From assembly GCF_009834535.1 (NCBI RefSeq), contig NC_045697.1, positions 78,556,001-78,620,000 of the forward strand: DNA of 64,000 nucleotides, written 5' to 3'. Shown one piece after another: positions 37,006-49,159 of the stretch; within the stretch, counting starts at the first letter, position 1; each line of letters begins with the position of its first letter. The notes beneath the pieces were generated by a model that was given only the letters and a program-made list of their open reading frames with translations, was not told where the DNA came from and searched no databases. The stretch is from Camelus ferus. Taxonomy: Eukaryota. Both the position numbers and the translations under genes were made by a program.

Positions 37006-37344
37006 AAGTAGAAGGTGATTAAAGGGATATTGATATTCACTGAAGACAGGCAAAGAAAATTCAACATAAAAAATCACTGGAGTCCCTAAGACAACAACAA
37101 AGGCAAGAAAACAGAAACTACATTAAAAGCTTTAATTCAAGAAAAATGTGCTAAAATTAAAAAAAAAAAAACTTGAGGTTCCTATTGAAAAAGCATATCT
37201 TTTACCAAAGAATATAGTTGGTCAACAACAAGACATATTCTAAGAAAATCACTGAACATTAAAAATAAAGGGAAAAACTAATGGTGGTATGAGGACAAAA
37301 GAATATGATCTATGCAGAAAAGAAAATTAAAATATCATCAGAAT

Positions 37345-38435
37345 TTTTTTTCCATAAAATACTATTTTTGTAGAGCAGTTTTATGTTCATGGTAAAATTG
37401 AAAGGAAGGTACAGAGATTTCCTATATACTCCATGCCCCCACACACACAAAATTTCCTCCATTATCAATATCTCTCACCAGAATGGTACATTTACTACGT
37501 TGATGAAACTATATTGACTCAAAGTCCATAATTTATGTTAGGGTTCACTCTTGGCATTGCACAGTCTATGGGTTTGAAAAATCTGAACACATGTATAATG
37601 ACATGTATGCATCATTATAATATATAGAGTAGTTTCACTTCCCCCAAATCCACTATGCTTTACCTACTCATCCCTCCCTGCCCACCAGCCACTAGAATGC
37701 AAACACTGATCTTTTTATTGCCTCCATAGTTTTGTCTTTTCCAAAATGTCATATAGTTAAAATCATACAGTATGTAGCTTCCTCAGATTGGCTTCTCTCA
37801 TTTATTAATATGCATTTAAGGTTCTTCTATGTTTTTTCATGGCCTTATAGTTCATTTCTTTTTAGTGCTGAATAATATTCCATTGTCCTAATGAATCACA
37901 GTTTATTTATTCATTCCACCTTCTAAAGAACATCTTGGTTGCTTCCAAGGTTTGACAATTATGGATGAAGCTATTATAAACATCCACGTACAGGTTCTTC
38001 GTGTGGACACAAACTTTAAACTTTTAAACTCCTTTGGGTTTACAAGGAGTGCAGGGAGGGGAGGGAATAGCTAAATGGCAGAGTGCATACTTAGCAGGCA
38101 CAGGTCCCATGTTCAACCCCCCAGTACCTTCATTAAAAATAAGTAAGTAAATGAAAACCCTAATTAATACCCCCCCACCCCGCAAAAAAGGATTGTGATT
38201 ACTGGATCATATAGTAACAGCATTTTCAGGTTTTTAAGAAACTGTCAATCTGTCTTCCAAAGTGGCTGTACCATTTTGCATTCCTACCAGCAATAAATGT
38301 GAGTTCCTGTTGCTCCACATCCTCACCAGCATTTGGTGTCATCAGTGTTCTGCATGTTGACCATTCTAGTATGTGTTTAGTGGTAACTCATTGTTGTTTT
38401 CACTTGCATTTCCCTGCTGGCATACAATGTAGGGC
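37345..38435 (-). mobile_element. L1MC1/2-like 3' fragment
   Basis: TAGAGCAGTTTTATGTTCATGGTAAAATTG...CAAAGTCCATAATTTATGTTAGGGTTCACTCTTGG; flanked by imperfect ATCATCAGA/ATTATCAGA duplication. Confidence 0.85.
38054..38187 (+). mobile_element. Camelid tRNA-derived SINE (Vic-1-like)
   Basis: GGGGAGGGAATAGCTAAATGGCAGAGTGCATACTTAGC...GTTCAACCCCCCAGTACCTTCATTAAAAATAA...CCTAATTA...CCCCC; A-box 38068-38078, B-box 38111-38119; imperfect TSD AAGGAGTG/AAGGATTG. Confidence 0.85.
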
Positions 38436-39049
38436 ATTATCAGATAGTTTGACAGCAATATTTTATGCCTGAAGAAAATAGGATAACATACTTAAAATGC
38501 TCAAGTAAAGATAATGTGAATTAAATATATAATATCTATCAAAGTTGACCTTCAGTCCAGAGGGCAGGGAAAAACTACTATCAATATGCAAGAATTATGG
38601 GAATATTGTCTTCATAAGTTCTTTTGAAGGAGTCTACTAAAAAATATGCTTCAGAAACCAAAATGTCTCGAGAAACAGAGCTAAATGCTGATGGTGAGCC
38701 TTAATGAGGTAGTTACTTGTAGAACTAACACTAACTGAGAACTGAAAGGTAGAAATTATAAAACATAATGTCTATATAACCTGACAATTCTGATGGGAAA
38801 ACAAACACACAAAAATAATAGAGAAAAGGAATAGCATATGCAAAAACTTAGATTCTTTATAGTAGTCAAAACTGGTGGTGCTGGTTTTAACATCATTATT
38901 CTGAAATTGTTGTATGTGCAAATAATCGTGAGGTATTCTAATTATAGCAATCCCAGGAGGCTTGGTATATGAAAAAAAAAGTAGACATATAATAAAATAT
39001 TTTAAATACAATTTCTATAGTCCTCAATTTGAATCAGAAATATCATAAC

Positions 39050-39440
39050 TCAGAAGATAATCTTCAAACATAGCACAAAAATGTTAAATTATATATTCAC
39101 TAAATTTATATGTTTACTATTCTACCCACTGAAAAGGTCTAGAAACAATGAAAAATCCAGTATTAACAAACATTTCTAAATTGTGTCTCTAAATCTCATG
39201 ACTCATTAAAATAAACCAGAAACTTTTCCAGAAATGATTGATTATACCTCTGAAACACAAAATACGTAAAATGAGTTCAGACTATCTGGCACATCAGATA
39301 GCAAGGCAAGCGTCAAAATCTACTAAATTCTTGTCAAATGGGTTCAAAAGTGAAGCTGAAGAGACTCTCACTGGCCAAAGATAAAATATTCTGAGCTCAA
39401 TATGGATAAAGATTACATTAAATATATTAAAATAAAAATC
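39050..39440 (+). mobile_element. L1MC3/4-type 3' UTR fragment
   Basis: CCCACTGAAAAGGTCTAGAAACAATGA...GAAGAGACTCTCACTGGCCAAAGAT. Confidence 0.65.
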
Positions 39441-39464
39441 GTATTTGCCACCTTATGTAAATAA

Positions 39465-39660
39465 AGTGTAAATATATATAAAATAGATGAATAACAAGGT
39501 CATACTGTATAGCACAGAGAACTATATTCAATATCTTGTAATAGCCTGTAGGGCAAAAGAACACAAAAAGGAATATACATACACATGTACGAATGAATCA
39601 CTAAGCTGTACATCAAAAATTAACACAACATTGTAAATTGACTATAATTGAAAAAAAAAA
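39465..39660 (+). mobile_element. Cetartiodactyl/camelid L1 3' end
   Basis: AACAAGGTCATACTGTATAGCACAGAGAACTATATTCAATATCTTGTAATA...ACACAACATTGTAAATTGACTATA followed by an A tail. Confidence 0.85.
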
Positions 39661-39669
39661 TTTTTAAAG

Positions 39670-39916
39670 TGGGTCATGGGGATGAAATGTACAGCATGAG
39701 AAAGATAGTCAATAATCATGTAATATCTCTGTATGGTGACAGAGGGTAACCAATTTTTTCTTTTATTTTATATCTGTATGAGATGATTGATACTCACTAA
39801 ACTTATTGTGATAATCATTTAAGGATGTTCACAAATCAAATGATTATGCTTCACACCTTAAACTTTTACACTGTTGTTGTGTCAGTTGTATCTCAATAAA
39901 ACAGCAAGGAAAAAAA
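39670..39916 (+). mobile_element. Older L1M 3' end fragments
   Basis: ATGGGGATGAAATGTACAGCATG...CACACCTTAAAC...TATCTCAATAAAAC. Confidence 0.7.
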
Positions 39917-42900
39917 TTAAAGATAAAAGGAAAGAAAGGAGTCAACACCTAGGGTTTATATACTGAATTCCTAATTGTTGAAACATCTCTCATTAAATAC
40001 TGAATTATATGACTCATACTTGAAGCATTTGGTTGCCATTGAATAACTAACATATAATAGAGTTTCTATATATTTTCACATTTAATTATGGGTCATAGAA
40101 AATACATTAACATGTTACTAATGGAATTATAATATGATTGGGCCATTTGGATATGCTGCTCTCATTTTGGATTTTTAAAATTTATTTGTTGTGAAATTTA
40201 CATATTGGAGATTGAGTGACCTCAAACAACAACTTGATCTGTTGAACAATTAATTAGCTTTTTCTTAGTTCATGATGCGTAGCCTCGGAATGAATTATCA
40301 ATATAATTCTGGTAACTAAGAAAGTACCATATAAAGATATTAACCCTGCTTAGAAATATATTGTGAAATGGATGCTTTAAATACATGGTAAAAATTATAG
40401 TATCTCTGTGAATCCCTTTTCTCTTTTACCAACCACATGCTTTTTCATTTACTATATTTGCCACCATATGTTATATATTGCATCAAACTTTCAATATTTG
40501 AATTACTATATGTGTTTGTTGATGAACATCTTGTCTTTTGTTACATTAGTTCATTGACTCAAAATTGTAATTTAACTTTCCACTGAGAATTGATATTTGA
40601 TAAAGCATATTTTCTTTCCACCTCACACAGAAACTTTCCTGGGAATTTGAAATAAAATTAAACATGCACTTATGAATAAAATTAAATGTATCCTAGAAAC
40701 GATTTCTGATTTTACTGAAGAAGAGCAGAAACTATGTTTTTTTGGCCTTTTTTCAAAATACCATTTATTATAAGATTTAGCTTTTTAAATGATTGATTTT
40801 AGCCAGTTTCAAAAATCCCCCTCTGTTTGTTGGTACTCTTTAATGAGTAACAACACAAAGGCATGCTATGTATATGCAATGCAATTAGTAAGCATAGAAT
40901 TGCTGAGAATTGATATTGTATCAGAGGTGATAATGAAACAGCAGATTTGGGTCTGACTTGCTTTCAGATTTAAAATTTTACCAAGTTAGCCTGTGTAGTA
41001 GGTACATCTAAAAGTCAAAGTTTTCTCATATTGTCAGAGAGAAAGAAAGTCTCTTACACGTGGTAGGTGTACATTTGCTGAGTGAATAAATCCATTAATT
41101 AGGAAGCTTACTCATTCAGAGCCTAGCTCAGTAAGCACATCCCCAACAAAATAAAAAATAAGAATGATGATAAAATAGACAAGATAGAATCTTCTATGTA
41201 ACTCTTATTAATCTTTATTAAAATCTTAACATGCAAACGATGGATACATTTACTCTTTAGTTTCTCTTTTGCTTTTGGTTTTGGTTTGACACAGAGGGCT
41301 TGGAATCATTCATATATTGTCAACAAATGAATCTATGGCATCAGCTCACAAAGCAAAGCGTATTATTTGGTGTTTCATTCTTACTCCTGAGAAAAGCCTA
41401 GAAAATTGACATGACTGCAGGGTGCTGATCACACTTTGTTCTCATGAGAGAAACATGCTATTTGTTTTTACATTTTCCGAGTTGTCTTTGGAGCAAAACT
41501 GCCTCCAGCCACATGTGGGCTTAGTCGTCCGTGTCCATCTATGGGTGTCACCTGCTAAGGTGAGGAGTCTGGAATAGCCCAGACACATTATGTATGGGTG
41601 GCCTTTTGTTTACAGCAGACAAAGCTGAAATCCTAGGGATTACTTGAAGATATCATATAACACACAAGATGGAGTTACTACTATTCTCCTCTAAGACATG
41701 CAGTGTTTCCCCTGGGCAGAGGAAAGAACGCACGGCCAATCATACGAAGACAGAACCCATTAAAGATTTATGCAAGCCTGAATTACTTAGCTTTAAACTA
41801 TTTTCTTTCCCCCTCTTTTCTTTTTCTCCTTTTTTCTGTAATAAGAAGGACATTTCTTCCTGAACAGCAAAGCTGATGTAGATAGTATCACTGGTAATCC
41901 TAGGCTTAAGCATAGAGCTTCTAAATGGCTTGAATTAGGCTGGAAGATGGGGCTGTTTGATTTCCCTTCCTTTTTGTTTCTGTTTTCAAGGCTCTGTCAC
42001 CAAATGTCCCACTAAACTAGCATTTATGTGGACTTGGGGCCTCTGTGTGTAAGTTTCCTTTTAAACATAGTCAATGAAACAGCTTTGAAGCTGTTGAACT
42101 GTGTAAATGTTATATTAACATTTTCTCTCGCAATTATAGACATTTACATGGTCTTGTTGAAATAGCGCTTTCAGAGGGAGGAAAAAAATACCAGAAGTGA
42201 AGGTACACAATGAAATGAAAAAGCAGCAGTGTGCTCTATTTATTTAGTTTCTGAAATAAATCATTTCGACTTTTAATTTACACTTCTCTAAGATGGTGGT
42301 TAAGAATAGACAAACAAAGGATACCGCGAGAAATAATTTCATTTTGTTCCTTTGTTACATTAGATCATTTAATTTCCACTTGGTTTGCATATGGAGATTT
42401 GGCCAATGCACCCTGTTCTTTAAATTTGCTAACTAATAACAAGGAGTCAGGAAGCTCATTCTAAAGATTTAGGACTCATGGGTGATGATTCAAAAATTAC
42501 GAGACTACAAGTAGTTGTCCAGTTATAAGGAGAAAGGCAAATAGAGTAAATTAGACATTAATCCAAAGCATTCCCAACTATCCATGTCCCTATTTAACAG
42601 AAATCATAATGTGCTTTCAAACTGAAAAGTGATTTGAATCATCCCCAAACTACCACATGTATGATCTTTTCACTGCACGCAGTCTGATGAACAGGTTAGA
42701 AAAGGGAAGATATAATCACTTAACACTTTAAGGAAATATTTTAATAGTCTAATTTTGGTCCCTTTCTGCATAGGAAGCAATCATTAATGGATGCACAGTA
42801 TCAGTAAAATTCACAGTCAAATTACCTCCTTTCACATTGCTATTACTAAATGTATTTTCTCTAAGGATCAATAATTGTAATCTTCACACTACACTATAGG

Positions 42901-43015
42901 ATTCTTTGCTATTGATAGTCTTCTGTTCAATGATAGACTTATTTTACTGTGTATAAAAATATATATACTTCTTGTCTTTGCACCAAATCAAAGCAAAGAG
43001 CTTGTCCGTGATGGA

Positions 43016-43034
43016 ACCGTTGCTCAGCAACGGT
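43016..43034. promoter_or_regulatory. Palindromic RFX X-box candidate
   Basis: ACCGTTGCT-C-AGCAACGGT has perfect 9-bp arms and contains GTTGCT-N-AGCAAC, fitting GTNRCY-N(0-3)-RGYAAC. Confidence 0.55.
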
Positions 43035-44424
43035 GATCTCTCCACTGGTCTGACCGTTGCTCTCTCCAGCAGGGCAGATATGCAAGACGGACAGATGCAT
43101 TGATCCTCAACACAGTATTAGATTGTGTTACATGCATTTCAGAAGCTGATAGCAGTGATCTTGTATAAGTCTCTGTCTACACATCACTGAGCTTTAACAG
43201 TCAAACTTTGAAAAGTACACTGCTATATAAGGATCTTCTATAGTTTAGCTATCTAGCTGATTTTCAGTTTTTGAAATTATGTTCTGGAGAATCTAAATTG
43301 GTTGGTGCTCATGTGATCTCCAAACATAGGTAAGATTATGCTAAAATACACACACAAATATTTTTCTATAGTGTTTTTTTCACATTGTCCTACTTGGTAT
43401 TCCAAGTGTTAGCTTCTGCCAGGGTAATATATATGCCTCTTCTCTGGTAAGAAACAATCTTAATTGGAATAAAAACTTGGTGTTCAGGCATTATATGAAA
43501 AAACTGAATCACAGTTTTATGGCAAAAGATGTTCTTGGAATCCAGTTCACCCATTCATCATCATGTATGGAAGCTGAGAGTGATTAAATGCATATTTGTA
43601 AAAGCTAGAATTATATATGTTAAGACATTAATCATATGAAATATTCTTTTTGATGTGCATCTTCATAAAATAGAATTTCAGATTGAGCACATTTTTAATT
43701 TAAACTTATTGTATAAAACAGTAATATGAATCCATTATTTATAATTTAATGTCTTATGTCAATTTACATGATTAGTGTTCATATATTTAAAAGGAAGAAG
43801 AATTGACTGAGTGAGCTCATTTTAATCTGATAAAGTTACTTAGTCCAGTTCTAATCTTTTAAAAAAATTTTTTCTAGTTGACAACTTACCAGGAAAAGCA
43901 TTGCTCTATCCAGAAAATTAATCTATCTGGAGACACATTCAATTATTTCTCTAAAATAAAAAATCATGAAATTTGACCTTGAGGCATTATTAGGTTCAAA
44001 ATTTCCTTATTCATTTGCAAAACTGGTTCCAGATCTTCAGATTTTTTTCTTTGAAGATAAAATACCATTTAATATAAACTTAGATATCTTTTAAATATCT
44101 GAAATCTGAAAAAGCAAACCTAAGGAACTAAAGGAAAAGTTGACAGTATAAAACCTTCTTGAAACAGGGAATGGGGTTTTATCAAGGGAAAATTCATAAA
44201 GTGATAAAGATCTGAGTGAAAATGTGTTCCAAGTTGATGAACCATTAATAGTTTGAGAAAAGACCAAAATTTAAGGATCAGTTTCATTTGATCAATAAAA
44301 CTAGTTTCAGCAGAACACACCTATCTGAGAATACCAATCATCTGGAACATCAACATAAGGAGAATGTAAGCAAAAACATCTGCTAAGAATCCAAAACAAA
44401 TTCACAAATCCATGCACTTACAAA

Positions 44425-45285
44425 TATTTTTCTTCTAGTTTTATTGAGATATAATTGACAGCATTGTGTAAGTTTAAGGTGTGCAGCATGATTTGACTTA
44501 CATAAATCATGAGATGATTATCATAATAAGTTTAGTGAACGTCCATCACCTCATATATACAAAATTAAAACAGAAAAAAAGTTTCTCTCTTGTGATGAGA
44601 ACTCTTACTCTCTTAACAACTTTCAAATATAGCATAGAGCAGTGTTAGTTACATTTATCTTACTGTACATTATGTCCCTAGTACTTACTTATCTTTTAAC
44701 TGGAATTTTGTACCTTTTGACTATCTTTTTTTCATTGAATTACTGTCAGCTTACAATATTGTGTCAATTTCTGAAATATAGCAGTTTTTCAGTCATACAT
44801 GAATATACATATATTCACCCTCATACTCTTCTTCACTGTGAGCCACTACAAGATCTTGCATATATTCCCCTGTGCTCTACAGTATAAATTAGTTCATCTG
44901 TTCTATATATACCTGTCAGTATCTGTAAATTTCGAACCGCCAGACTGTCCCTAAACACCCCCGCACCCCCTGGCAACCACAAGTTTGTATTCTATGTTTT
45001 GACTATCTTCATCCAGTTCCCCCTCCCTCACCCTTCTTCACCTCTGGTAACCACAAATCTGAACTCTTTTTCTGTGAGTTTTTTGGTTGTTTTTTGAGTA
45101 TAACTGACCCACAACACGATGTTAGTTCCTGGTGTACAACATAGTGATTTGGTATCTCTATATATTAAACCACGATCACCATGATTAGTCTAGTTACCAT
45201 CTGTCACCATGCAAAGACACTACATTATTACTGAGCATTCTCCACACTGTGGGTTTCACCCTGTGACTCATTTATTTTGTATGAA
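44425..45285 (-). mobile_element. L1 3' UTR (L1MA9-like, laurasiatherian) hosting a nested L1
   Basis: TTTTATTGAGATATAATTGACA...CCTCTGGTAACCACAAATCTG is an antisense L1 3' end. Confidence 0.8.
44728..44996 (-). mobile_element. Camelid L1 3' end (269 bp) with 13-bp TSD
   Basis: TTTTGACTATCTT at 44715-44727 and 44997-45009; the body reads TTACAATATTGTGTCAATTTCTG...CCCTGGCAACCACAAGTTTGTATTCTATG. Confidence 0.9.
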
Positions 45286-47754
45286 AATATTTTTATATAT
45301 ACAATAATCTCATGTTTCTCTTCAGAGTCCATGTAGTCTTATTTTACATTCGATTCTAATAAGCTTGGTGATATCAGTTACAAGAAATAAAAAGAGTAAA
45401 AAGTTGCTATATATTACTAGCAGCATTAAATGTCAATTGATTGCAGAGTCAACTGAGTGCCTGTTAGCAGAAGGCAAAACAAAATTAAAAATAGATAGAT
45501 AAATGAATTACCCAAAGACAAAATACAGATTGCCTAGATCAGATTGATTGACTGTGGAGATAGTGTAAAGAAGTTGGACATTTTGAAGGTTGGACACTTG
45601 GGATTTTTTGACAGGTTAGATCTGTGATATGAAAGAAATATAGTGTCAAGAATGATTTCTCTAATTATTTTTTCCTGACCCTTGGAAGAAGAGAGTTATG
45701 GGAGTTTTCCTTCCATAGGGAAGGAAAAATTGTGTGAGGTCACCAAGGAGAAAGAGTAGATGAAGGAGAGAGGGAGGGTCAAGGAAGAAGTCCAAATATT
45801 CATGTGATCTTCGTAACCTTTGGACTTCGGACTATCAAAAGAACATTAAATGATATTTGTTATATGTGGTTTCTCATTATGTATGCACTTACTTACATGA
45901 ATTTAACTACCTGATTTTAATAAAAAGAGATATACAGAAAAAGGTGAACTTTAAATAATGCAGGCTATACTGCCTGACATTCTACTAAATGAGCCTTTAT
46001 GCTAAAGGAAAGGTTAGATATAAGAGATAAATTTGCCTTTCCTACAATCAGTTCCATTTGTTTGGTCTCTTGTGTCTCTTGCGGAATGTTTCTCATGATG
46101 TGCATCTGAGGGATTTTCTTTGTTTTTGTTTTTCATATAATATGAACCTCAAATATAAGCCAAAGTACCTAGAAGTCCCTTCAAATTTATGGCTTGACAT
46201 TATGAAGAGATAGTAAATTATTCTCCAATAATAATATATGTTTTACCAAGTATACTGTACTTTATCTTCAATATAATGGACTTTCAAGAATAATTTTAGC
46301 CATATTAATTTTTTGCCTTAAAAGGCAAGTTTTTCAGGTACTACCTCACAAACAGTCCAATATAAAATGAGGCTCTATGGTACACATTTTTAAAGACAAT
46401 GACATATGTTAACATTTTAAATAAAATTATATAATAGTAGGTTCCAGTTTTCAAAGTTTTGGTGCTACAATGAGAAGAACTTCATCTATTCTGAACTTAA
46501 ATGTGCCAATTCCTGAATTTCAAGTTATTTAGCTTTACCTACATGTTCACCATTATGATAAAAATGTATCAGTTCTTTACTTTTTGGAATATGAGTCATA
46601 AGTATATAGAAGGATGCTATCAAAATTCCATTTTTCCTCATCCAGTATTATGAGTTTTTTCCTATAGTTTTATTTTCTAATTTCTTCTGTGGCTGCAAAT
46701 TTGTGAAAGTGTTTTCTGCCACTTCTCTCTCTCTCCCTCTCTCTCTCTCTCTTTTAATCTATTCACATTTTCAGTGGTCATCTTTCTCTTCAGCCCAATA
46801 TTGTGTGATCTCAAGTCTCTTGTATTTTGAAAATAAACAGACAATTACATGTCGATAAGAAAGAGGGAAAGACAAATCCAGTCATTACTATTTTGTAGGA
46901 GTTTGATGATGTACATCAGGCTTGGTAATGACAATTTATTTCATAAAATTTTTGAAGGATAAAATTCAAGTTAACCCAATCCAAACTGAATTTTTTGAGA
47001 ATAGATTATGGCCAAGAGAATTATTAGCTTTTGCAAAAAGGAACACAAATTTTGGAAAAGACATCTGTCATGATCTCTTAAGGTTCAGGATCAAAGACAG
47101 AAATGGACAGACGTAACTGCATTACAAGGCAAACAAAGACCAAATCTGAGAAATACTAAGAAAGGTTTGAATATAATGAAGGCATTGTTCTGTGACGAGG
47201 CAGGTGGGATGCAAGGTTTACAAACACCAGATTCAGGCAATGACATATAATGATTTTCCAAAAGCCAAACAGAGAACAAAATACACAGACTATTTTTAAA
47301 TAACTGACATATTTTTCCTTATTATTTTTTCTATATTGAAATCCGTGATAGAGAAGGTAATTCTGTTCTCACAATTTAAATTACAAATGAGAAAAAGCAA
47401 TGCCCATGTGGGTATTCCTGAAGAGCGGCAAGATTGAAGCAGCTTTCAAATTATTTCCTTGACCTAGAAACGAGGTTGCAGACCGCGTTACCAAGCTAGG
47501 TGTACTCCTGCCCCATGCTGGGAAAGGAAGGAATGTTCACAGAAGGCAACTTTTTCTACCAAATGATTCTCCTAACCTCAGCCACTTCATAATCTTTGCT
47601 CCACTTTCAACAGCTATTACTTCCCCAAATTATGCAATCTTTCCAGGATTGTCCTATACCTATTTCTTTGTGTAAAATGTTTCCTATCCACTTTTTTCCT
47701 CCACGGTAGATACCTGTTGTGCTTATTTTCTCGTCTTTTTTGTTTTGAGCTTTG

Positions 47755-48310
47755 TTTGTGTGTTTGTTTGTTTTTTCCCTGTCCAGCATCTGTTCCTCTC
47801 TGAAAACAAACTTCAGTTTGCCTTTGGGAAACAATGCCTCCCTCTTTGGCTCAGATGTGGTTTATCCCGGCCTCCACACACACGCCACCCAAATGCTAAG
47901 TGTGAGCATGTTCTCCAAGCGTCATATTCTTTTCCTCTAGTGAGTGGGTAAGAAACAGGGATTCATCCAATTTAAACCAACAAGCATCGAGCTCAGGGCT
48001 TTTCTAGAAGGACTAGAAAGGAACCAGTCTCACCTTGGGATGGTGATCAGCCAGGATGCGAGGCTGCTCTCGTAGAGGCCATCTTCCTTCATAAGAGAGA
48101 GTTTGCCTGAAAAATTAAGCCAATAAAAGAAGACAACTAAGAGAAAGAAAACAAAGTAGGGAAAAGGACAGATCCTTGATATATTATTTGGCCGAAAGTG
48201 AGCTTACCCTTGGATTTGTCATTCATGGAACTAACACAGTCCTCTTCTTACTTAACCCGGATTTGTTTCAAGTTTCTGCCACATGTAACCAATTCACTCG
48301 TCTGGTCTAA
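47755..48310 (+). mobile_element. MLT1J/K-like MaLR LTR
   Basis: CCAGCATCTGTTCC...CCTTTGGGAAAC...GGCCATCTT...GTTTCTGCCACATGTAACCAA. Confidence 0.65.
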
Positions 48311-48389
48311 CTTTAAATCCCCTCACTAGCAAAGACTCTGCAAACTGAAATGGTCTTCCTTGACTCATTCTAGTTTTGGAGACAGTGTC

Positions 48390-48582
48390 CCCATGGATCC
48401 CTGAGGAGATTTACCCCTTCATTCATCACCTTCTACCATCCCCACTATTGCAATTCTTTGTCTTCCCAGCTATGCTGTAAGCTCCACCAGGGTGGGGAAG
48501 CAGTCTTACCTGTATTTCTTTTATCCTAGATACATAATAAGGAAGCAATAAACATTGGTTGATTAAATGAATGAAATGAATG
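48390..48582 (+). mobile_element. L2 3' end
   Basis: CTGTAAGCTCCACCAGGG...CAATAAACATTGGTTGATTAAATGAATGAA. Confidence 0.65.
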
Positions 48583-48862
48583 GCTCAAGGAAAGAGACAT
48601 CAAAAATATCTTGGGTATGAAGTTTTTACACAGAAATCCAAGATGTGACCTTGAGAAGCAAGTGAAAGTGCTGTGGAGTTTAAATAAATTGATGGGATGT
48701 GTAGTGTATTAGCTGAGAGAGACTGTCTAAGCCTGTAGAATTTATCATCAGGGGTATTTTCATGGAGGTTATTGAATAAGAAACTAAAATTGGTCAGCTA
48801 GAAGATCAAGATTTAGAGAATATAAAGAAATAGAGTAATTTTTAAAAGACTGCAACTGTAAA

Positions 48863-49129
48863 TGTTATCAAACTGTGGGACAGCCTGCCCAACACACAGA
48901 AAAGCCAATCTACTGACATCGGGTTGTGGTGAAGGAAAGTTCAGTGTTTATTGCAGGATCAAGCAAAGAGAATGGGCAGCTTATGCTCAAAAGACCTGAA
49001 CGCCCAGATGGCTTTTAGGGAAGAGTTTTTAGAGGGTCACAGGGTGTGTGATCAGCTACTGCACAATTATCTGTTTAGTGATGGTGAAGTGACAGGATGA
49101 TGACTTGGGAATCTCCAACATCAACCTTC
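48863..49129 (-). mobile_element. Truncated ERV1 (MER41/MER4-group, cetartiodactyl type) LTR
   Basis: AAGCCAATCTACTGACATCGGGTTGTGGTGAAGGAAAG...GTTTATTGCAGG...GCAGCTTATGCTCAAAAGACC; the TTTATT is a minus-strand poly(A) signal. Confidence 0.7.
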
Positions 49130-49159
49130 AACAAACAAATGAGCAAAAAAAGATTAGAC

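Larger units (their letters stand above)
33935..38990 (+). mobile_element. HAL1/old L1M 5' region and ORF1 relic, split into about four pieces (33935-34832, 35359-35585, 37010-37345, 38435-38990)
   Basis: ORF1p motifs EDRQRKFNI..ITGVP (from 37042) and KKIKISS, resuming after an insertion as LSDSLTAIFYA*RK*DNILKMLK; no ORF2 follows. Confidence 0.65.

Noticed and set aside
38054..38130. tRNA gene
   Set aside because: It has A and B boxes but a degraded cloverleaf, a SINE tail and a TSD inside an L1.
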